NCBI GenBank assembly: GCA_020723105.1
Contig: DYJL01000006.1
Span: 64,689-128,688 of the forward strand
Direction: 5' to 3'
From: Nitrospira japonica
Lineage (GTDB): Bacteria > Nitrospirota > Thermodesulfovibrionia > UBA6902
Length of the DNA: 64,000 bases
The translations under genes and the position numbers were made by a program. Positions 9,913 through 20,210 of the stretch are shown in pieces (positions within the stretch are counted from its first letter, which is position 1; each line of letters opens with the position of its first letter). The notes under the pieces are model-generated. The model saw nothing but the letters and a program-made list of their open reading frames with translations. It searched no databases and was not told the DNA's origin.

Positions 9913-11175
9913 ATGCAAAACGAAGTAGAAACGATATCGCCAACTACCAGAAGGCTTAAAATCAACATTCCTTCAGATATAATAAAATCTGAGACTGACA
10001 ACGCCTACAATAAAATAAGGGCTACTACAAAGGTGCCTGGTTTCAGGCCTGGCAAGGTGCCTCAGGCTGTTCTTGAAAAGAGATTCGGAAAAAATGTTGA
10101 GGCAGAAGTTATAGAGAAGATAGTCCCCGAATATTATCTGAAGGCTATCAAAGAAGCAAAGCTGGAACCCGTTGCATATCCGAATATTGAAGACAGGTTA
10201 ACGCTGGTAGCAGGACAGCCGCTTTCGTTTTCTGTAACAATCGAGGTAAAGCCGGAAATAGGAAACCTTAAGTATGAGGGTATTGTCTTAAAAGAGAAGC
10301 CCATTTCTGTAGATGACAGCGAAATAGACAAGGCATTGAAGTTAATGCAGGAGAGCAGGACGCTGTTTACTGTTACTGAAGAAGAATTAGGCAATGATGA
10401 TATGGCTGTTATAAATTACGACGCTTACATCGAAGATAAATTAATAGATGAGAGCTCTTATAAAGATTTTCCCTTAGTTCTCAGTTCTGATGCAATGCCC
10501 AGGGAATTTACCAAGGCATTAGTGGGAAAAAAGAAAGGTGACAAGCTTGAAGTAAAAGTAAAATATGATGAAACACATCCCAATAAAACCATAGCCGGGA
10601 AAGAGGTTTTCTTCAAAGTGGACATTGTGGAGGGAAAAAAGAAAACTGTTCCACCGCTTGATGATGCATTTGCAAAAGATTCCGGAGCTGATAGTCTCGA
10701 GGAACTGAAAAACAAAATGCGTGAAAATGTTACTCGTGGAAAAAAGAGCCAGATTAATCTGGAATATAAAAAGGATATTCTGAATGACCTTATTAATAAA
10801 CATGATTTTGACGTGCCTGCATCTATGGTGCAGGGAGAGATTGAATCCCTGCTTTATCAGGCCCGGGAGAATGCTTCAAGAAAGGGCGAACCAGAAAAGG
10901 CAGACGAAGAATTGAGAAAGGAATTTGAGACAACGGCAAGGGATAATGTCAAAAGTGTCCTCCTTCTTGAAGCCATTGGCAAGAAAGAAAACATAGATGT
11001 GTCTACTGATGATATAAAGAAGGCTATCGAGGAAATTGCAGTCCGGAACAACCTCAAACCTGAAGAAGTGGCAAGGTTGTATGCAGTCAGGGAAGGATCC
11101 CTGGAAGCATTAAGGAGCCGGCTTTTTGCTGATAAGGTTTTAGAGTTTATTCTGGAGAAGGCGGCCATACAGTAA
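9913..11175 (+). CDS. tig: trigger factor
   Basis: 420 aa; ribosome-binding GFRPGKVP signature motif; lies upstream of clpP-clpX in the classic order. Confidence 0.9.
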   Translation: MQNEVETISPTTRRLKINIPSDIIKSETDNAYNKIRATTKVPGFRPGKVPQAVLEKRFGKNVEAEVIEKIVPEYYLKAIKEAKLEPVAYPNIEDRLTLVAGQPLSFSVTIEVKPEIGNLKYEGIVLKEKPISVDDSEIDKALKLMQESRTLFTVTEEELGNDDMAVINYDAYIEDKLIDESSYKDFPLVLSSDAMPREFTKALVGKKKGDKLEVKVKYDETHPNKTIAGKEVFFKVDIVEGKKKTVPPLDDAFAKDSGADSLEELKNKMRENVTRGKKSQINLEYKKDILNDLINKHDFDVPASMVQGEIESLLYQARENASRKGEPEKADEELRKEFETTARDNVKSVLLLEAIGKKENIDVSTDDIKKAIEEIAVRNNLKPEEVARLYAVREGSLEALRSRLFADKVLEFILEKAAIQ

Positions 11176-11178
11176 AGG

Positions 11179-11198
11179 CATATTGCAATATGTTTTTA
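11179..11198 (+). terminator. putative weak intrinsic terminator after tig
   Basis: Perfect 14-nt palindrome catattgcaatatg followed by a TTTTT run; AT-rich stem, so weak. Confidence 0.25.
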
Positions 11199-11219
11199 CA
11201 TTAATTAAAAGGAGCGTAC

Positions 11220-11813
11220 ATGAGTTTAATACCTATAGTAATTGAACAGACCGGAAGGTCCGAGAGGGCCTACGATATATATTCCAGGCTGTTGAAAGAC
11301 AGGATTGTTTTTATCGGCAGTGCAATAGACGACATTGTTTCCAATACTGTTATTGCACAGTTGCTTTTTCTTCAGACCGAAGACCATGAAAAGGATATCC
11401 ATATATATATAAATTCTCCAGGGGGCATTGTGTCTTCGGGCCTTGCCATTTATGACACAATGCAATATATCAAGCCGGATATTGCCACTTATTGTATCGG
11501 GCAGGCCGCCAGTATGGGCGCCCTTCTTCTTACAGCAGGGACCAAAGGGAAAAGACACGTGCTTCCAAATTCCCGCATAATGATCCACCAGCCTATCGGA
11601 GGATTTCATGGCCAGGCTACAGATGTAGAAATTCATGCCAGGGAAATACTGAAGATGAAAGATTCACTCAATAAAATCCTTGCAAAACATGCCGGCCAGA
11701 CCCTCGAAAAAATACAGTTTGATACTGAAAGAGACTATTTTATGTCTGCACAGGAGGCGAAGGATTACGGCCTCGTTGATGAAGTGATAGAGACGCTAAA
11801 AAAGCGTGAATGA
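11220..11813 (+). CDS. clpP: ATP-dependent Clp protease proteolytic subunit
   Basis: 197 aa; GQAASMGA active-site Ser motif and HQP; RBS ggagcgtacATG. Confidence 0.95.
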   Translation: MSLIPIVIEQTGRSERAYDIYSRLLKDRIVFIGSAIDDIVSNTVIAQLLFLQTEDHEKDIHIYINSPGGIVSSGLAIYDTMQYIKPDIATYCIGQAASMGALLLTAGTKGKRHVLPNSRIMIHQPIGGFHGQATDVEIHAREILKMKDSLNKILAKHAGQTLEKIQFDTERDYFMSAQEAKDYGLVDEVIETLKKRE

Positions 11814-11824
11814 GGAGTTTTACC

Positions 11825-13072
11825 ATGAATGATAAAAAAACAAATAGAAACGATAACATTATCCTCAGATGTTCTTTTTGCGGTAAGAGCCAGAAAGAAG
11901 TCAGAAAACTTATCGCCGGGCCCACAGTTTATATATGCAATGAATGCATAAATCTTTGTAACGATATCATGGCGGAGGAGATAGATTCATCCTTTGATAT
12001 TAATATTACGCAGAAATTGCCAACTCCTAAAGAGATCAAGAACTTCCTGGATGATTATGTTATAGAGCAGAACAGGGCCAAGAAGATCCTTTCAGTTGCA
12101 GTACACAACCATTACAAACGAATATACAGTCCTAAACAGTCTGACATTGAATTGCAAAAAAGCAACATTTTATTGATTGGCCCTACTGGTACCGGAAAGA
12201 CCATTTTGGCCCAGACGCTTGCAAGGTTTCTCGACGTCCCCTTTACAATAGCTGATGCTACTACACTTACAGAGGCCGGATATGTAGGCGAAGATGTAGA
12301 AAATATAATACTTAAACTTATTCAGGCTGCAGATTATGATGTGGAAAAAGCTCAAAGAGGCATCGTATATATAGACGAGATCGACAAGATAAGCCGAAAG
12401 ACAGAAAACGTCTCAATAACAAGAGATGTATCAGGGGAAGGGGTGCAACAGGCCCTTTTGAAAATTATAGAGGGGACTATTGCAAATGTTCCTCCTCAGG
12501 GAGGGAGAAAACACCCCCAGCAGGAATTCATTCAGATAAATACGGCTAATATTTTATTCATATGCGGCGGCGCCTTTGTGGGTCTGGAGAAAATAACAGA
12601 GGAGAGACTCGGCAAAAAGGTAGTCGGCTTCGGCGCTGAACCCAGGGGGATACATGGAAGGAAGTTAGATGATATCCTTAAACAGGTACAGCCTCAGGAT
12701 TTAATTAAATACGGGCTTATTCCGGAATTTGTTGGCAGGCTCCCTGTCATAGCAACACTGGAGGAACTGAGTGAAACCGCTCTTGTCAGAATCCTTACAG
12801 AGCCTAAGAATGCAATTATAAAGCAATACCAGAAACTGCTTTCTATTGACAATGTCAAACTGAAATTTACTGAGACAGCTCTGATAGCCGTTGCAAAGGA
12901 AGCCATCAGGCGCAAAACCGGTGCAAGGGGATTAAGGGCCATCCTTGAAGATGTAATGCTTGATATTATGTATGAAATACCGTCACAAAGCAGTGTTAAA
13001 GAATGTCTGATAACCGAAGAAGTAATAACCAAGAAGGAGAAGCCTCTTCTTATTTATGAAGAGTCTGCGTAA
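11825..13072 (+). CDS. clpX: ATP-dependent Clp protease ATP-binding subunit ClpX
   Basis: N-terminal Zn ribbon CSFCGK...CNEC, Walker A GPTGTGKT; start moved to the ATG at 11825, which is preceded by GAGGAG. Confidence 0.95.
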   Translation: MNDKKTNRNDNIILRCSFCGKSQKEVRKLIAGPTVYICNECINLCNDIMAEEIDSSFDINITQKLPTPKEIKNFLDDYVIEQNRAKKILSVAVHNHYKRIYSPKQSDIELQKSNILLIGPTGTGKTILAQTLARFLDVPFTIADATTLTEAGYVGEDVENIILKLIQAADYDVEKAQRGIVYIDEIDKISRKTENVSITRDVSGEGVQQALLKIIEGTIANVPPQGGRKHPQQEFIQINTANILFICGGAFVGLEKITEERLGKKVVGFGAEPRGIHGRKLDDILKQVQPQDLIKYGLIPEFVGRLPVIATLEELSETALVRILTEPKNAIIKQYQKLLSIDNVKLKFTETALIAVAKEAIRRKTGARGLRAILEDVMLDIMYEIPSQSSVKECLITEEVITKKEKPLLIYEESA

Positions 13073-13079
13073 GGGAACT

Positions 13080-13103
13080 GAAGCGTTTTATTTTAACGCC
13101 TTC
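13080..13103. terminator. putative bidirectional terminator between convergent clpX and the DUF721 gene
   Basis: Imperfect hairpin gaagcgtttt-atttt-aacgccttc flanked by T/A runs. Confidence 0.3.
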
Positions 13104-13528
13104 TTTCCCTTCATCAAGCCGTGTATCATCAGAGTTTTAAATCTTTCTTTTAGTTCCTGATCTTTTAAACCTTTAAGCGTATTTTCCAGATACCTCAAAT
13201 CATCCTCGCTCAAATCAACATCTTCATCCTTAAGGGTTTTTTTTGTTTTTTCAGGGAGCCTGCCGATTTTAAACCGTAGCTCCTCGACATTATAAGGGTT
13301 CAGTTTTGCGACGATTTCTTCTTTAAAAAAACTCAGATGGTGCATCCATTGAGGGGTGTCAACGATAAGAGTAAGGACTTTGCCTTTAATTGTGTCAGGG
13401 AAGGTGTGTAATGCAATGGTTTGTCCGACAAAGTCAGCCCACCGACTTTGAATAGTATTAAGTACCACTCCGCCTTCAAGGCCGTAATCTCTGACAAATG
13501 TCTTGAGGATATTATGAAGGGAATGCAT
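13088..13528 (-). CDS. DUF721 (DciA-like) domain protein
   Basis: 146 aa; the residue pattern matches my recollection of DUF721 proteins, which are often near replication and translation genes. Confidence 0.45.
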   Translation of the reverse strand: MHSLHNILKTFVRDYGLEGGVVLNTIQSRWADFVGQTIALHTFPDTIKGKVLTLIVDTPQWMHHLSFFKEEIVAKLNPYNVEELRFKIGRLPEKTKKTLKDEDVDLSEDDLRYLENTLKGLKDQELKERFKTLMIHGLMKGKKALK

Positions 13529-13637
13529 TGGAATAAAAGTTAAAAATTAAAATGCAAAAATCAAAATTAAGGAATGGAATTATTAAATTTTTTTCTTCCG
13601 AAATTTTAATCTTTGATTTTTAATTTTTGAGTTATTC

Positions 13638-13826
13638 TTAAACTACTTTTTTGACTTTTCCGGAACGAAGGCATCTGGTACAGATATATGATCTTCTTAT
13701 GCCATGCGCCGTTTGTATTTTTACTCTTTGCAGATTCGGCATAAAAACGCGTTTGGTCCTGTTATTGGCATGGCTGACATTATTGCCTGATACCTTCTTC
13801 TTACCACAAACTGAGCATACTGCCAT
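13638..13826 (-). CDS. rpmB: 50S ribosomal protein L28
   Basis: [10 protein letters not shown]...[12 protein letters not shown] is the L28 signature; the ORF-track N-terminal extension (31 aa) is unlikely to be real. Confidence 0.8.
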   Translation of the reverse strand: MAVCSVCGKKKVSGNNVSHANNRTKRVFMPNLQRVKIQTAHGIRRSYICTRCLRSGKVKKVV

Positions 13827-13991
13827 TGATGAACTACCTCCTAAATAAACTGCAATTGCTTTAAAAACAGAAGTTATGATAACATTAAACCAAACAAACT
13901 TACAACCCTGAATTGACACAAGAATTTCAAGCTTAATAATAATGTTTTTGGCGTTTAAAGGTTGCTAATATCAGCCTTTCTAAGGGGAAAA

Positions 13992-16385
13992 ATGACTGGA
14001 ATGAGAATATATGAACTGTCAAAGAAGATAAATGTCAGCAACAAGGAAATTATTGCTAAACTTGCCGGCATGGGAATACAGGTTAAATCCCATATGTCGA
14101 ATATTGATGATGACATCGTTGAGAAGCTGACACGTTTATTTGTAAAAGTAGAAGAGCCAAGGGTTGAAGTCACGGCTCATCCTCCCAGGAAAGAACCCTC
14201 TGCAGGCAAACCTGCTGCTCCCAAAGAAGCTCAGAAACTGGTCAAGCCGGCAGAGAAAATAAAGGAGGATGTTACTGTAAAAATTCAGCCTGAAACAGTA
14301 ATTAAACCTGCTGCGGAAGAGAAATTAATAGAAGCCAGACAACCTGCTGAAAAGGAGTCTGTAATTCCTGAAAGCACACCACCTGCGGCACCGGCTCTTG
14401 AAGAAGATGAAGTAATTGTCCCGGACCGGTTCAAAAAAGAAATAGAACGCGGGAAGATAGCTAAATTCAAGACCAAACCAGGGATGCAGCGGGCCTTTGA
14501 TTCGATAAGAAGGGTGGATGTAACGAAGAAGGTTCAGGATTTTAAAACCCATTTCAAGAAACACGATAAAAAACCTTTTAATCAGAAACCTGAACCGGCG
14601 ACTGCTCCGCTGATTACGCAGCCGAGAAAGCGCGTGCTTAAATTCCAGGAAGGTTCCACGGTAAAGGAATTTGCAGAGCTTATAGGACAAAAGATTAATG
14701 AAGTCATAAAAAAATTCATGGAGCTTGGTTATATGACGACCATTAATCAACCTCTGGATGCTGATGCAGCACAGATTGTAGCAGAGGCTTTTGGTCTGAA
14801 GCTCGAACTGACAAATGTTGAAAGCGAGGAATCTCTTCTTGTAGAAACAGAGGTTGATGAGGCTGTTCTCAGCCACCGCCCGCCGATTGTCACCATTATG
14901 GGGCATGTGGATCACGGCAAAACCACTCTGCTTGATGCAATAAGGCAGACAAAGGTTACAGAGACAGAAGCTGGAGGAATAACCCAGCATATTGGCGCAT
15001 ATAAGGTAAAACTGAAAGACAAAGAGATAACTTTTCTTGATACCCCAGGGCATGAAGCCTTCACAATGATGAGGGCCAGAGGCGCAAAGGTTACGGATAT
15101 CGTAGTCCTTGTGGTTGCAGCTGATGACAGTGTTATGCCTCAGACCATAGAGGCTATTGACCATGCAAAGGCTGCGAATGTTCCCATTGTAGTGGCCATA
15201 AATAAAATTGACAAGCCAGAGGCGAATATTTCAAAAGTTAGAAATGAACTTTCCCAATATGGCGTCGTGTCCGAAGAATGGGGAGGACAGAATATATTTG
15301 TTGAGGTTTCAGCAAAAAAGAAAATAGGGATCGAAAAACTGCTCGAGATGATCTTGCTTCAGGCAGAGGTGATGGAACTGAAAGCAAACTATAACAGGCT
15401 TGCAAAGGGGACCATTGTTGAGGCCAAACTCGACAAAGGAAGGGGTCCGGTCGGCACAGTCCTTGTCAATACAGGTGAGCTCAAGGTCGGAGATTCATTT
15501 CTTGTAGGCACCGTTGCCGGCAGAGTAAGAGCTCTTATTGACGATACCGGCAAGAAGATTGAAAAGGCAGGGCCTTCAACACCTGTTGAGGTTATCGGCT
15601 TTCCCGATGTCCCTCAGGCAGGAGATATCTTTATTGTCATGGAAGATGAGAGAAAAGCAAGGCAGATTGCAATGAACAGGCTTCAAAAGCAGAAAACCGA
15701 TGCTGCAACTCACATGAAGAAATTAACGCTCGATCAGCTTTATGAAAAAGTAAAACAGGGTGAAGTCCGGGACCTTAACGTTATTATCAAGGCCGATGTT
15801 CAGGGTTCTGCAGAGGCAGTCAAAGATGCCCTTTCCAATATTTCACATCCAGAGGTCAAGGTAAATGTGATTCATGCAAGCACCGGAGGTATAAATGAAT
15901 CTGACGTCATGCTTGCAGCTGCATCAAATGCGATTATTATAGGTTTTAACATCCGCCCTGATGCAAAGGCGTCGGCCCTTATTGAGAAAGAAGGCGTTGA
16001 TGTCAGAATTTATAACATAATTTACGAAGCCATTGAAGATGTCAAAAAAGCGCTTGAAGGACTTCTGGCGCCTACCATCACTGAGAAAGTTATTGGCAGG
16101 GCGGAGGTAAGGAATCTGTTCCATATATCACGGCTTGGGACCGTGGCGGGCTGTTATGTGCTCGATGGAAAAATTATAAGAGCCAACTCAAACATCAGGG
16201 TTATACGAGACAACGTTGTTGTTTATGATAGCAAGATATCGTCATTGAAGAGATTCAAGGAAGATGTAAGAGAAGCCCTCGCAGGGTTTGAATGCGGTAT
16301 CATGGTGGAGAACTTCAACGATCTCAAGGTCGGTGACATAATAGAAAATTATGTCAGGGAAGAAGTTGCCGCTAAATTTGAATAG
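13992..16385 (+). CDS. infB: translation initiation factor IF-2
   Basis: [13 protein letters not shown]-domain and IF2 C-terminal domains; start trimmed to the ATG at 13992 (AAGGGG RBS); no nusA upstream. Confidence 0.95.
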   Translation: MTGMRIYELSKKINVSNKEIIAKLAGMGIQVKSHMSNIDDDIVEKLTRLFVKVEEPRVEVTAHPPRKEPSAGKPAAPKEAQKLVKPAEKIKEDVTVKIQPETVIKPAAEEKLIEARQPAEKESVIPESTPPAAPALEEDEVIVPDRFKKEIERGKIAKFKTKPGMQRAFDSIRRVDVTKKVQDFKTHFKKHDKKPFNQKPEPATAPLITQPRKRVLKFQEGSTVKEFAELIGQKINEVIKKFMELGYMTTINQPLDADAAQIVAEAFGLKLELTNVESEESLLVETEVDEAVLSHRPPIVTIMGHVDHGKTTLLDAIRQTKVTETEAGGITQHIGAYKVKLKDKEITFLDTPGHEAFTMMRARGAKVTDIVVLVVAADDSVMPQTIEAIDHAKAANVPIVVAINKIDKPEANISKVRNELSQYGVVSEEWGGQNIFVEVSAKKKIGIEKLLEMILLQAEVMELKANYNRLAKGTIVEAKLDKGRGPVGTVLVNTGELKVGDSFLVGTVAGRVRALIDDTGKKIEKAGPSTPVEVIGFPDVPQAGDIFIVMEDERKARQIAMNRLQKQKTDAATHMKKLTLDQLYEKVKQGEVRDLNVIIKADVQGSAEAVKDALSNISHPEVKVNVIHASTGGINESDVMLAAASNAIIIGFNIRPDAKASALIEKEGVDVRIYNIIYEAIEDVKKALEGLLAPTITEKVIGRAEVRNLFHISRLGTVAGCYVLDGKIIRANSNIRVIRDNVVVYDSKISSLKRFKEDVREALAGFECGIMVENFNDLKVGDIIENYVREEVAAKFE

Positions 16386-16394
16386 AACCTTTTA

Positions 16395-16676
16395 ATGATC
16401 GTCGGCCTCCTCACATTGGATCTGCACATACACGGGTCCCATTCTCTTAAAGAAAAACGTTTCGTTATCAAAAGTCTCATAGACAGGATAAAAAACAAGT
16501 TCAATGTTTCTGTAGCAGAGGTTGATGCAAATGACCTCTGGCAAAGAGCCGTAATCGGAATAGCCCTCGTCTCAAATGAGACGGTAATGATAAACAAGGT
16601 TTTTGAGCAGATTAAAAACCTGGTTGTCAGCATCCATTCGGTGGAATTGATAAGTGCCAACATGGAGTTGCTGTAA
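16395..16676 (+). CDS. DUF503 (YlxP-like) protein
   Basis: 93 aa; sits in the conserved infB-DUF503-rbfA position. Confidence 0.65.
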   Translation: MIVGLLTLDLHIHGSHSLKEKRFVIKSLIDRIKNKFNVSVAEVDANDLWQRAVIGIALVSNETVMINKVFEQIKNLVVSIHSVELISANMELL

Positions 16677-16820
16677 GAACAACCTCAAAACCGCTGATGA
16701 ACCAACCCTCTGACTTGTACTGAAAACCCTCAGAGCGATTGCCAGAAAAATTCAGCCATGCTTTCCCCTCCATTTAGATAATTATGCTAAAATTAAACCA
16801 CATTTAATCTAAAAGAGTCT

Positions 16821-16858
16821 GGATTCCCGCACCATATTTTGATACGGAGCGGAATGAC
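16821..16858. repeat. half-copy of the GGAATGAC palindromic repeat family
   Basis: attcccgc...gcggaatgac imperfect hairpin immediately upstream of rbfA; shares the terminal motif with the elements at 24316, 51312 and 62966. Confidence 0.35.
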
Positions 16859-16875
16859 AGGAACGAGAGGAAACC

Positions 16876-17253
16876 ATGCATCCATATAAACGTTCGGCAA
16901 GGGTCAGTGATTTAATCAGAGAGGAGATCGCCGATATTATACTGAACAAGATCAAACATAAGACCCTCGGTTTTATTACGGTTACCGGAGCAAAGGTAAG
17001 CGATGACCTGAGAAATGCAACAATATATCTGAGCGTTCTCAAGGAAGAAGATGCTGAGAAGACCGTGAGGAAACTCGGGGAATCAGCAGCGTTTATCAGG
17101 GGGGAACTCGGCAGACGCCTGAAGATGAAGTTTGTCCCAACTCTTACTTTCAGAATTGACAAGTCCATTCAATACGGGATGAAAATTGATAAATTGCTTG
17201 ATGAAATCAAGTCGGAAAGGAGCGTTCTTGACGAAGATGAAGATCTTTTCTAA
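16876..17253 (+). CDS. rbfA: ribosome-binding factor A
   Basis: 125 aa; RBS gaggaaaccATG; RVSDLIREEI motif. Confidence 0.9.
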   Translation: MHPYKRSARVSDLIREEIADIILNKIKHKTLGFITVTGAKVSDDLRNATIYLSVLKEEDAEKTVRKLGESAAFIRGELGRRLKMKFVPTLTFRIDKSIQYGMKIDKLLDEIKSERSVLDEDEDLF

Positions 17254-18217
17254 GCTGGTCCAGGTTATAAGACAAAACAAATCATTTCTTATCGTTGGGC
17301 ATATTAATCCGGAGGGTGATGCAATAGGCTCGGTCCTGGCGCTGGCGCTCGGATTGAAAAAGCTCGGGAAAAAAGATATCTATACCCTGAGTAAGGACGG
17401 AGTACCGGAGATCCTGAAATTTCTGCCCTCATCAGAATCAATTAAACAAAAGCCGCCGCTAAAGGAATTTGACGTCCTGTGCATCGTTGATTGTAACGCC
17501 CTTGATAGAACCGGTTTTAAGGAACTGAAGGCAAAGAATACGATTATCATAGACCACCATATTCTGCCCGACGGCGCAGGGCAATCCGCATTCTACCAGA
17601 AACTTGCTGCCAGCGTTATAGACCCGCACGCTGCGGCAACCGGGATACTTATTTATAAGCTTTTGAATGTGCTTGGAATCCCTCTCGATAAAAACATTGC
17701 AACAAACTTATACACTGCGATACTGGTAGATACCGGCGGTTTCCGTTATTCAAATGTAAACCCTGAATCATTGAAAATTGCCTCTCATCTTGTAGAGGCA
17801 GGCGCAAAACCCTGGAACGTAACAAAGGAGGTATACGAAAGCATTCCCTTTGAATCAATGAAGCTTCTGGGCCTTTCGCTGGCTACCCTTGATAAAAAAG
17901 ACGGGATAGCATGGATTAATACAACAGCAGCTATGTTTAAAAAAACCGGCACCACAGCAGAGGACGCTGAAGACTTTGTTGATTTTCCGAGAAAGGTGAA
18001 GGGGATTGAGATAGCGGTTTTCTTCAGGGAGGATGAGAAGAGTGTGTTCAAGCTCAGCTTCCGCTCAAAAGGCCAGATTGATGTTCAGAAAATTGCGAAG
18101 ACTTTCGGCGGAGGAGGACATGCAGCAGCCGCTGGGTGCAGGATAAAAGGGACATTGCCGGAAGTGCAGAAGAAAGTTTTTAGTGTAGTGAGAAAGGCAA
18201 TCAAGGATTTAAATTGA
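17237..18217 (+). CDS. nrnA: DHH/DHHA1 phosphoesterase, NrnA-like bifunctional oligoribonuclease/pAp phosphatase
   Basis: LIVGHINPEGDAIGS (DHH motif), DHH and C-terminal GGGH (DHHA1); start placed at MKIFSKLV, overlapping the rbfA 3' end. Confidence 0.75.
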   Translation: MKIFSKLVQVIRQNKSFLIVGHINPEGDAIGSVLALALGLKKLGKKDIYTLSKDGVPEILKFLPSSESIKQKPPLKEFDVLCIVDCNALDRTGFKELKAKNTIIIDHHILPDGAGQSAFYQKLAASVIDPHAAATGILIYKLLNVLGIPLDKNIATNLYTAILVDTGGFRYSNVNPESLKIASHLVEAGAKPWNVTKEVYESIPFESMKLLGLSLATLDKKDGIAWINTTAAMFKKTGTTAEDAEDFVDFPRKVKGIEIAVFFREDEKSVFKLSFRSKGQIDVQKIAKTFGGGGHAAAAGCRIKGTLPEVQKKVFSVVRKAIKDLN

Positions 18218-18221
18218 AACC

Positions 18222-18272
18222 TTAGTTTTTAGTTGTTAGATTAAAAACTGACAACTGACAACTGACAACTAA
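18222..18272 (+). repeat. stem-loop plus (GACAACT)x3 heptamer tandem repeat
   Basis: agtttttagttgttag-attaaaaa-ctgacaactgacaactgacaacta in the nrnA-truB spacer. Confidence 0.6.
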
Positions 18273-18277
18273 TTCGA

Positions 18278-19171
18278 ATGGATCTTATCATAGCCCTCAA
18301 TAAACCCAAAGACATCACTTCACAGGATGCTGTAACAAAGGTTAAAAAAATTCTGAAGGTAAAGAAAGCCGGGCACACCGGCACTCTTGATCCCATGGCT
18401 ACAGGGCTCCTTCTGGTTTGTATAGACAAAGCGACACGTCTTGCAACATACTTTTCCTCTTTTGATAAAGAATACAGGGCTGTATTAAAACTTGGCGAGG
18501 CCACAGATACACAGGACGCTTATGGCAAGGTTATTTCAAAGACAGAGAGTGTCGAGATTGACAAGAGCATAATTGAGGAAACTCTGAAGTCCTTCAAAGG
18601 AAAAATTCTCCAGCAGCCCCCCATGTACTCTGCACTAAAACACGAAGGCCAGCCGCTTTACAAGCTGGCGAGAAAAGGAATAGAAGTTGACAGGAAATTG
18701 CGGGAGATAATTATTAATGAGATTGAACTGTTGAACATTGAAGGCCCGTATGTAACATTCCGGGTGGCCTGTTCCAAAGGGACTTATATAAGGACTCTGT
18801 GTGATGATATAGGGAAAAAACTTGGCGTTGGGGCCCACCTCTTTGAACTTGAACGGACGGCCGTAGGGCTTTTCAGGATTGAAGAGAGTTTAACCTTTGA
18901 GGAATTACAAAATGCAGATACTGACGCACCGTCAAAGGGTATATATTCAATCAGCAGGGCCTTATCCTGGATGCCGGAACTAAGAGTTAATTTTCAAATG
19001 ATGAGAGCTGTCACGCATGGAAATCCTGTCAAAATCCTGAACCTTTCTGATGCTTATAAAAAGGCAGAAGGGATCAGAATAAAATCAACTGATGGGGAAT
19101 TGCTTGCAATAGGAAGTTACTCCGAATTAAAAGACATGATTCAGATGGATGTGGTGCTTGCGGGCCAATAA
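18278..19171 (+). CDS. truB: tRNA pseudouridine(55) synthase
   Basis: GHTGTLDPMATGLL catalytic-Asp motif and a PUA-like C-terminus. Confidence 0.9.
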   Translation: MDLIIALNKPKDITSQDAVTKVKKILKVKKAGHTGTLDPMATGLLLVCIDKATRLATYFSSFDKEYRAVLKLGEATDTQDAYGKVISKTESVEIDKSIIEETLKSFKGKILQQPPMYSALKHEGQPLYKLARKGIEVDRKLREIIINEIELLNIEGPYVTFRVACSKGTYIRTLCDDIGKKLGVGAHLFELERTAVGLFRIEESLTFEELQNADTDAPSKGIYSISRALSWMPELRVNFQMMRAVTHGNPVKILNLSDAYKKAEGIRIKSTDGELLAIGSYSELKDMIQMDVVLAGQ

Positions 19172-19457
19172 GACTGTATCACAAACAAAGAACGAATTTA
19201 TTCTTAAAATTAAGGTCGAACCGCGCTCATCCCGTGCCGGGGTTGTAGGTCTCTATGGCGATGCCCTGAAAGTCAAACTCACTTCTCCCCCTGTTGAAGG
19301 AAAGGCCAATAAAGAACTCATTGAAGTCCTTGCAAAGGAGTTTAATGTTGCAAAAAAAGATATCGAGATAATTGCAGGGCAAAGTTCCAAAAATAAAACT
19401 GTGAAGCTCACTGGTGTACAGGATATTGCATATCTGAAAAAGCAGGGGCAGATTTAA
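19149..19457 (+). CDS. DUF167 (YggU-like) protein
   Basis: 102 aa; the residue pattern matches my recollection of DUF167 proteins; start uncertain, overlaps the truB end. Confidence 0.5.
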   Translation: MWCLRANKTVSQTKNEFILKIKVEPRSSRAGVVGLYGDALKVKLTSPPVEGKANKELIEVLAKEFNVAKKDIEIIAGQSSKNKTVKLTGVQDIAYLKKQGQI

Positions 19458-19463
19458 AAAGGA

Positions 19464-20162
19464 TCAGCCATTTGGCGAGAACCTTACGTATTCATTCCAG
19501 TATTCAAACAGTTCTTTTGTAGCGTACAAATCGCCGACACAATATTTAGCGATTGCAAGGTACTGCTGCTGTTTGAAGAGATCATGAACCTCATGCCCTG
19601 TTACCCCTTCCTCTTTTGGACTCTTGATTCCAAAGGCCTTGCACCACATATGGAGGCTAAACTTTCTTCTTACCGAACCATAGAAGGTTAGCTGATCCAG
19701 CAGGTCCGTATGGGAAAGGCTGTAGCGGTTGGGCATGATGTCTTTTGAGGGTTTTATTTTATGGATTGCAGAACGGAGCATCAGGAAAGGTGCATCAAAT
19801 CCCCTGCCGTTAAAAGTTATTATCTGATCATAATATTTAACCGTATCCCAGAATTTCCTTAATATGCCCGCCTCTGTGTCGGCAGTAAATTCTATACCGT
19901 TTTCTTTTAAGGGTTCATGGAGAACTTCCGGGGACTGGAAATATACAACACCATTATTGGTATCAGGGTTGAGCATTCCTATTGCAACTATCTCACCTGT
20001 CAGAGGGGAGAAGCCAAGACCTTCTTTTGCGGCCTTTATATCCTCTTCTGACTCAGCAAATTTCAGCAGATATTCCTTTGATATTTCATCGAATGATTCA
20101 AAGTCCCTGCCGATTGTTTCAATATCAATAACGACCTTTTTCGACATAAAAGGTTTTACCAT
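19464..20162 (-). CDS. predicted 3'-5' exonuclease, PolB-exonuclease-like (RNase H fold)
   Basis: N-terminal VIDIETIG (Exo I), FNGRGFDAPFL (Exo II) and YCVGDLYAT (Exo III)-like motifs. Confidence 0.6.
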   Translation of the reverse strand: MVKPFMSKKVVIDIETIGRDFESFDEISKEYLLKFAESEEDIKAAKEGLGFSPLTGEIVAIGMLNPDTNNGVVYFQSPEVLHEPLKENGIEFTADTEAGILRKFWDTVKYYDQIITFNGRGFDAPFLMLRSAIHKIKPSKDIMPNRYSLSHTDLLDQLTFYGSVRRKFSLHMWCKAFGIKSPKEEGVTGHEVHDLFKQQQYLAIAKYCVGDLYATKELFEYWNEYVRFSPNG

Positions 20163-20210
20163 GTTTTCATTAAAAGATGCAATAGGCTATTAGCTTAATC
20201 AACATTTAGG

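Noticed and set aside
13529-13637. AT-rich inverted repeat (aaaaatcaaaattaa / ttaatctttgattttt)
   Set aside because: Most simply an rpmB terminator and DUF721 promoter region; nothing beyond an ordinary AT-rich hairpin.
14325-15164. 279-aa minus-strand ORF
   Set aside because: Entirely antisense within the infB G-domain; Cys/Phe/Leu-rich composition typical of an antisense artefact.
18250-18270. Possible CRISPR-like or direct-repeat array
   Set aside because: Only three 7-nt units with no spacers and no cas genes; this is a microsatellite or hairpin, not CRISPR.
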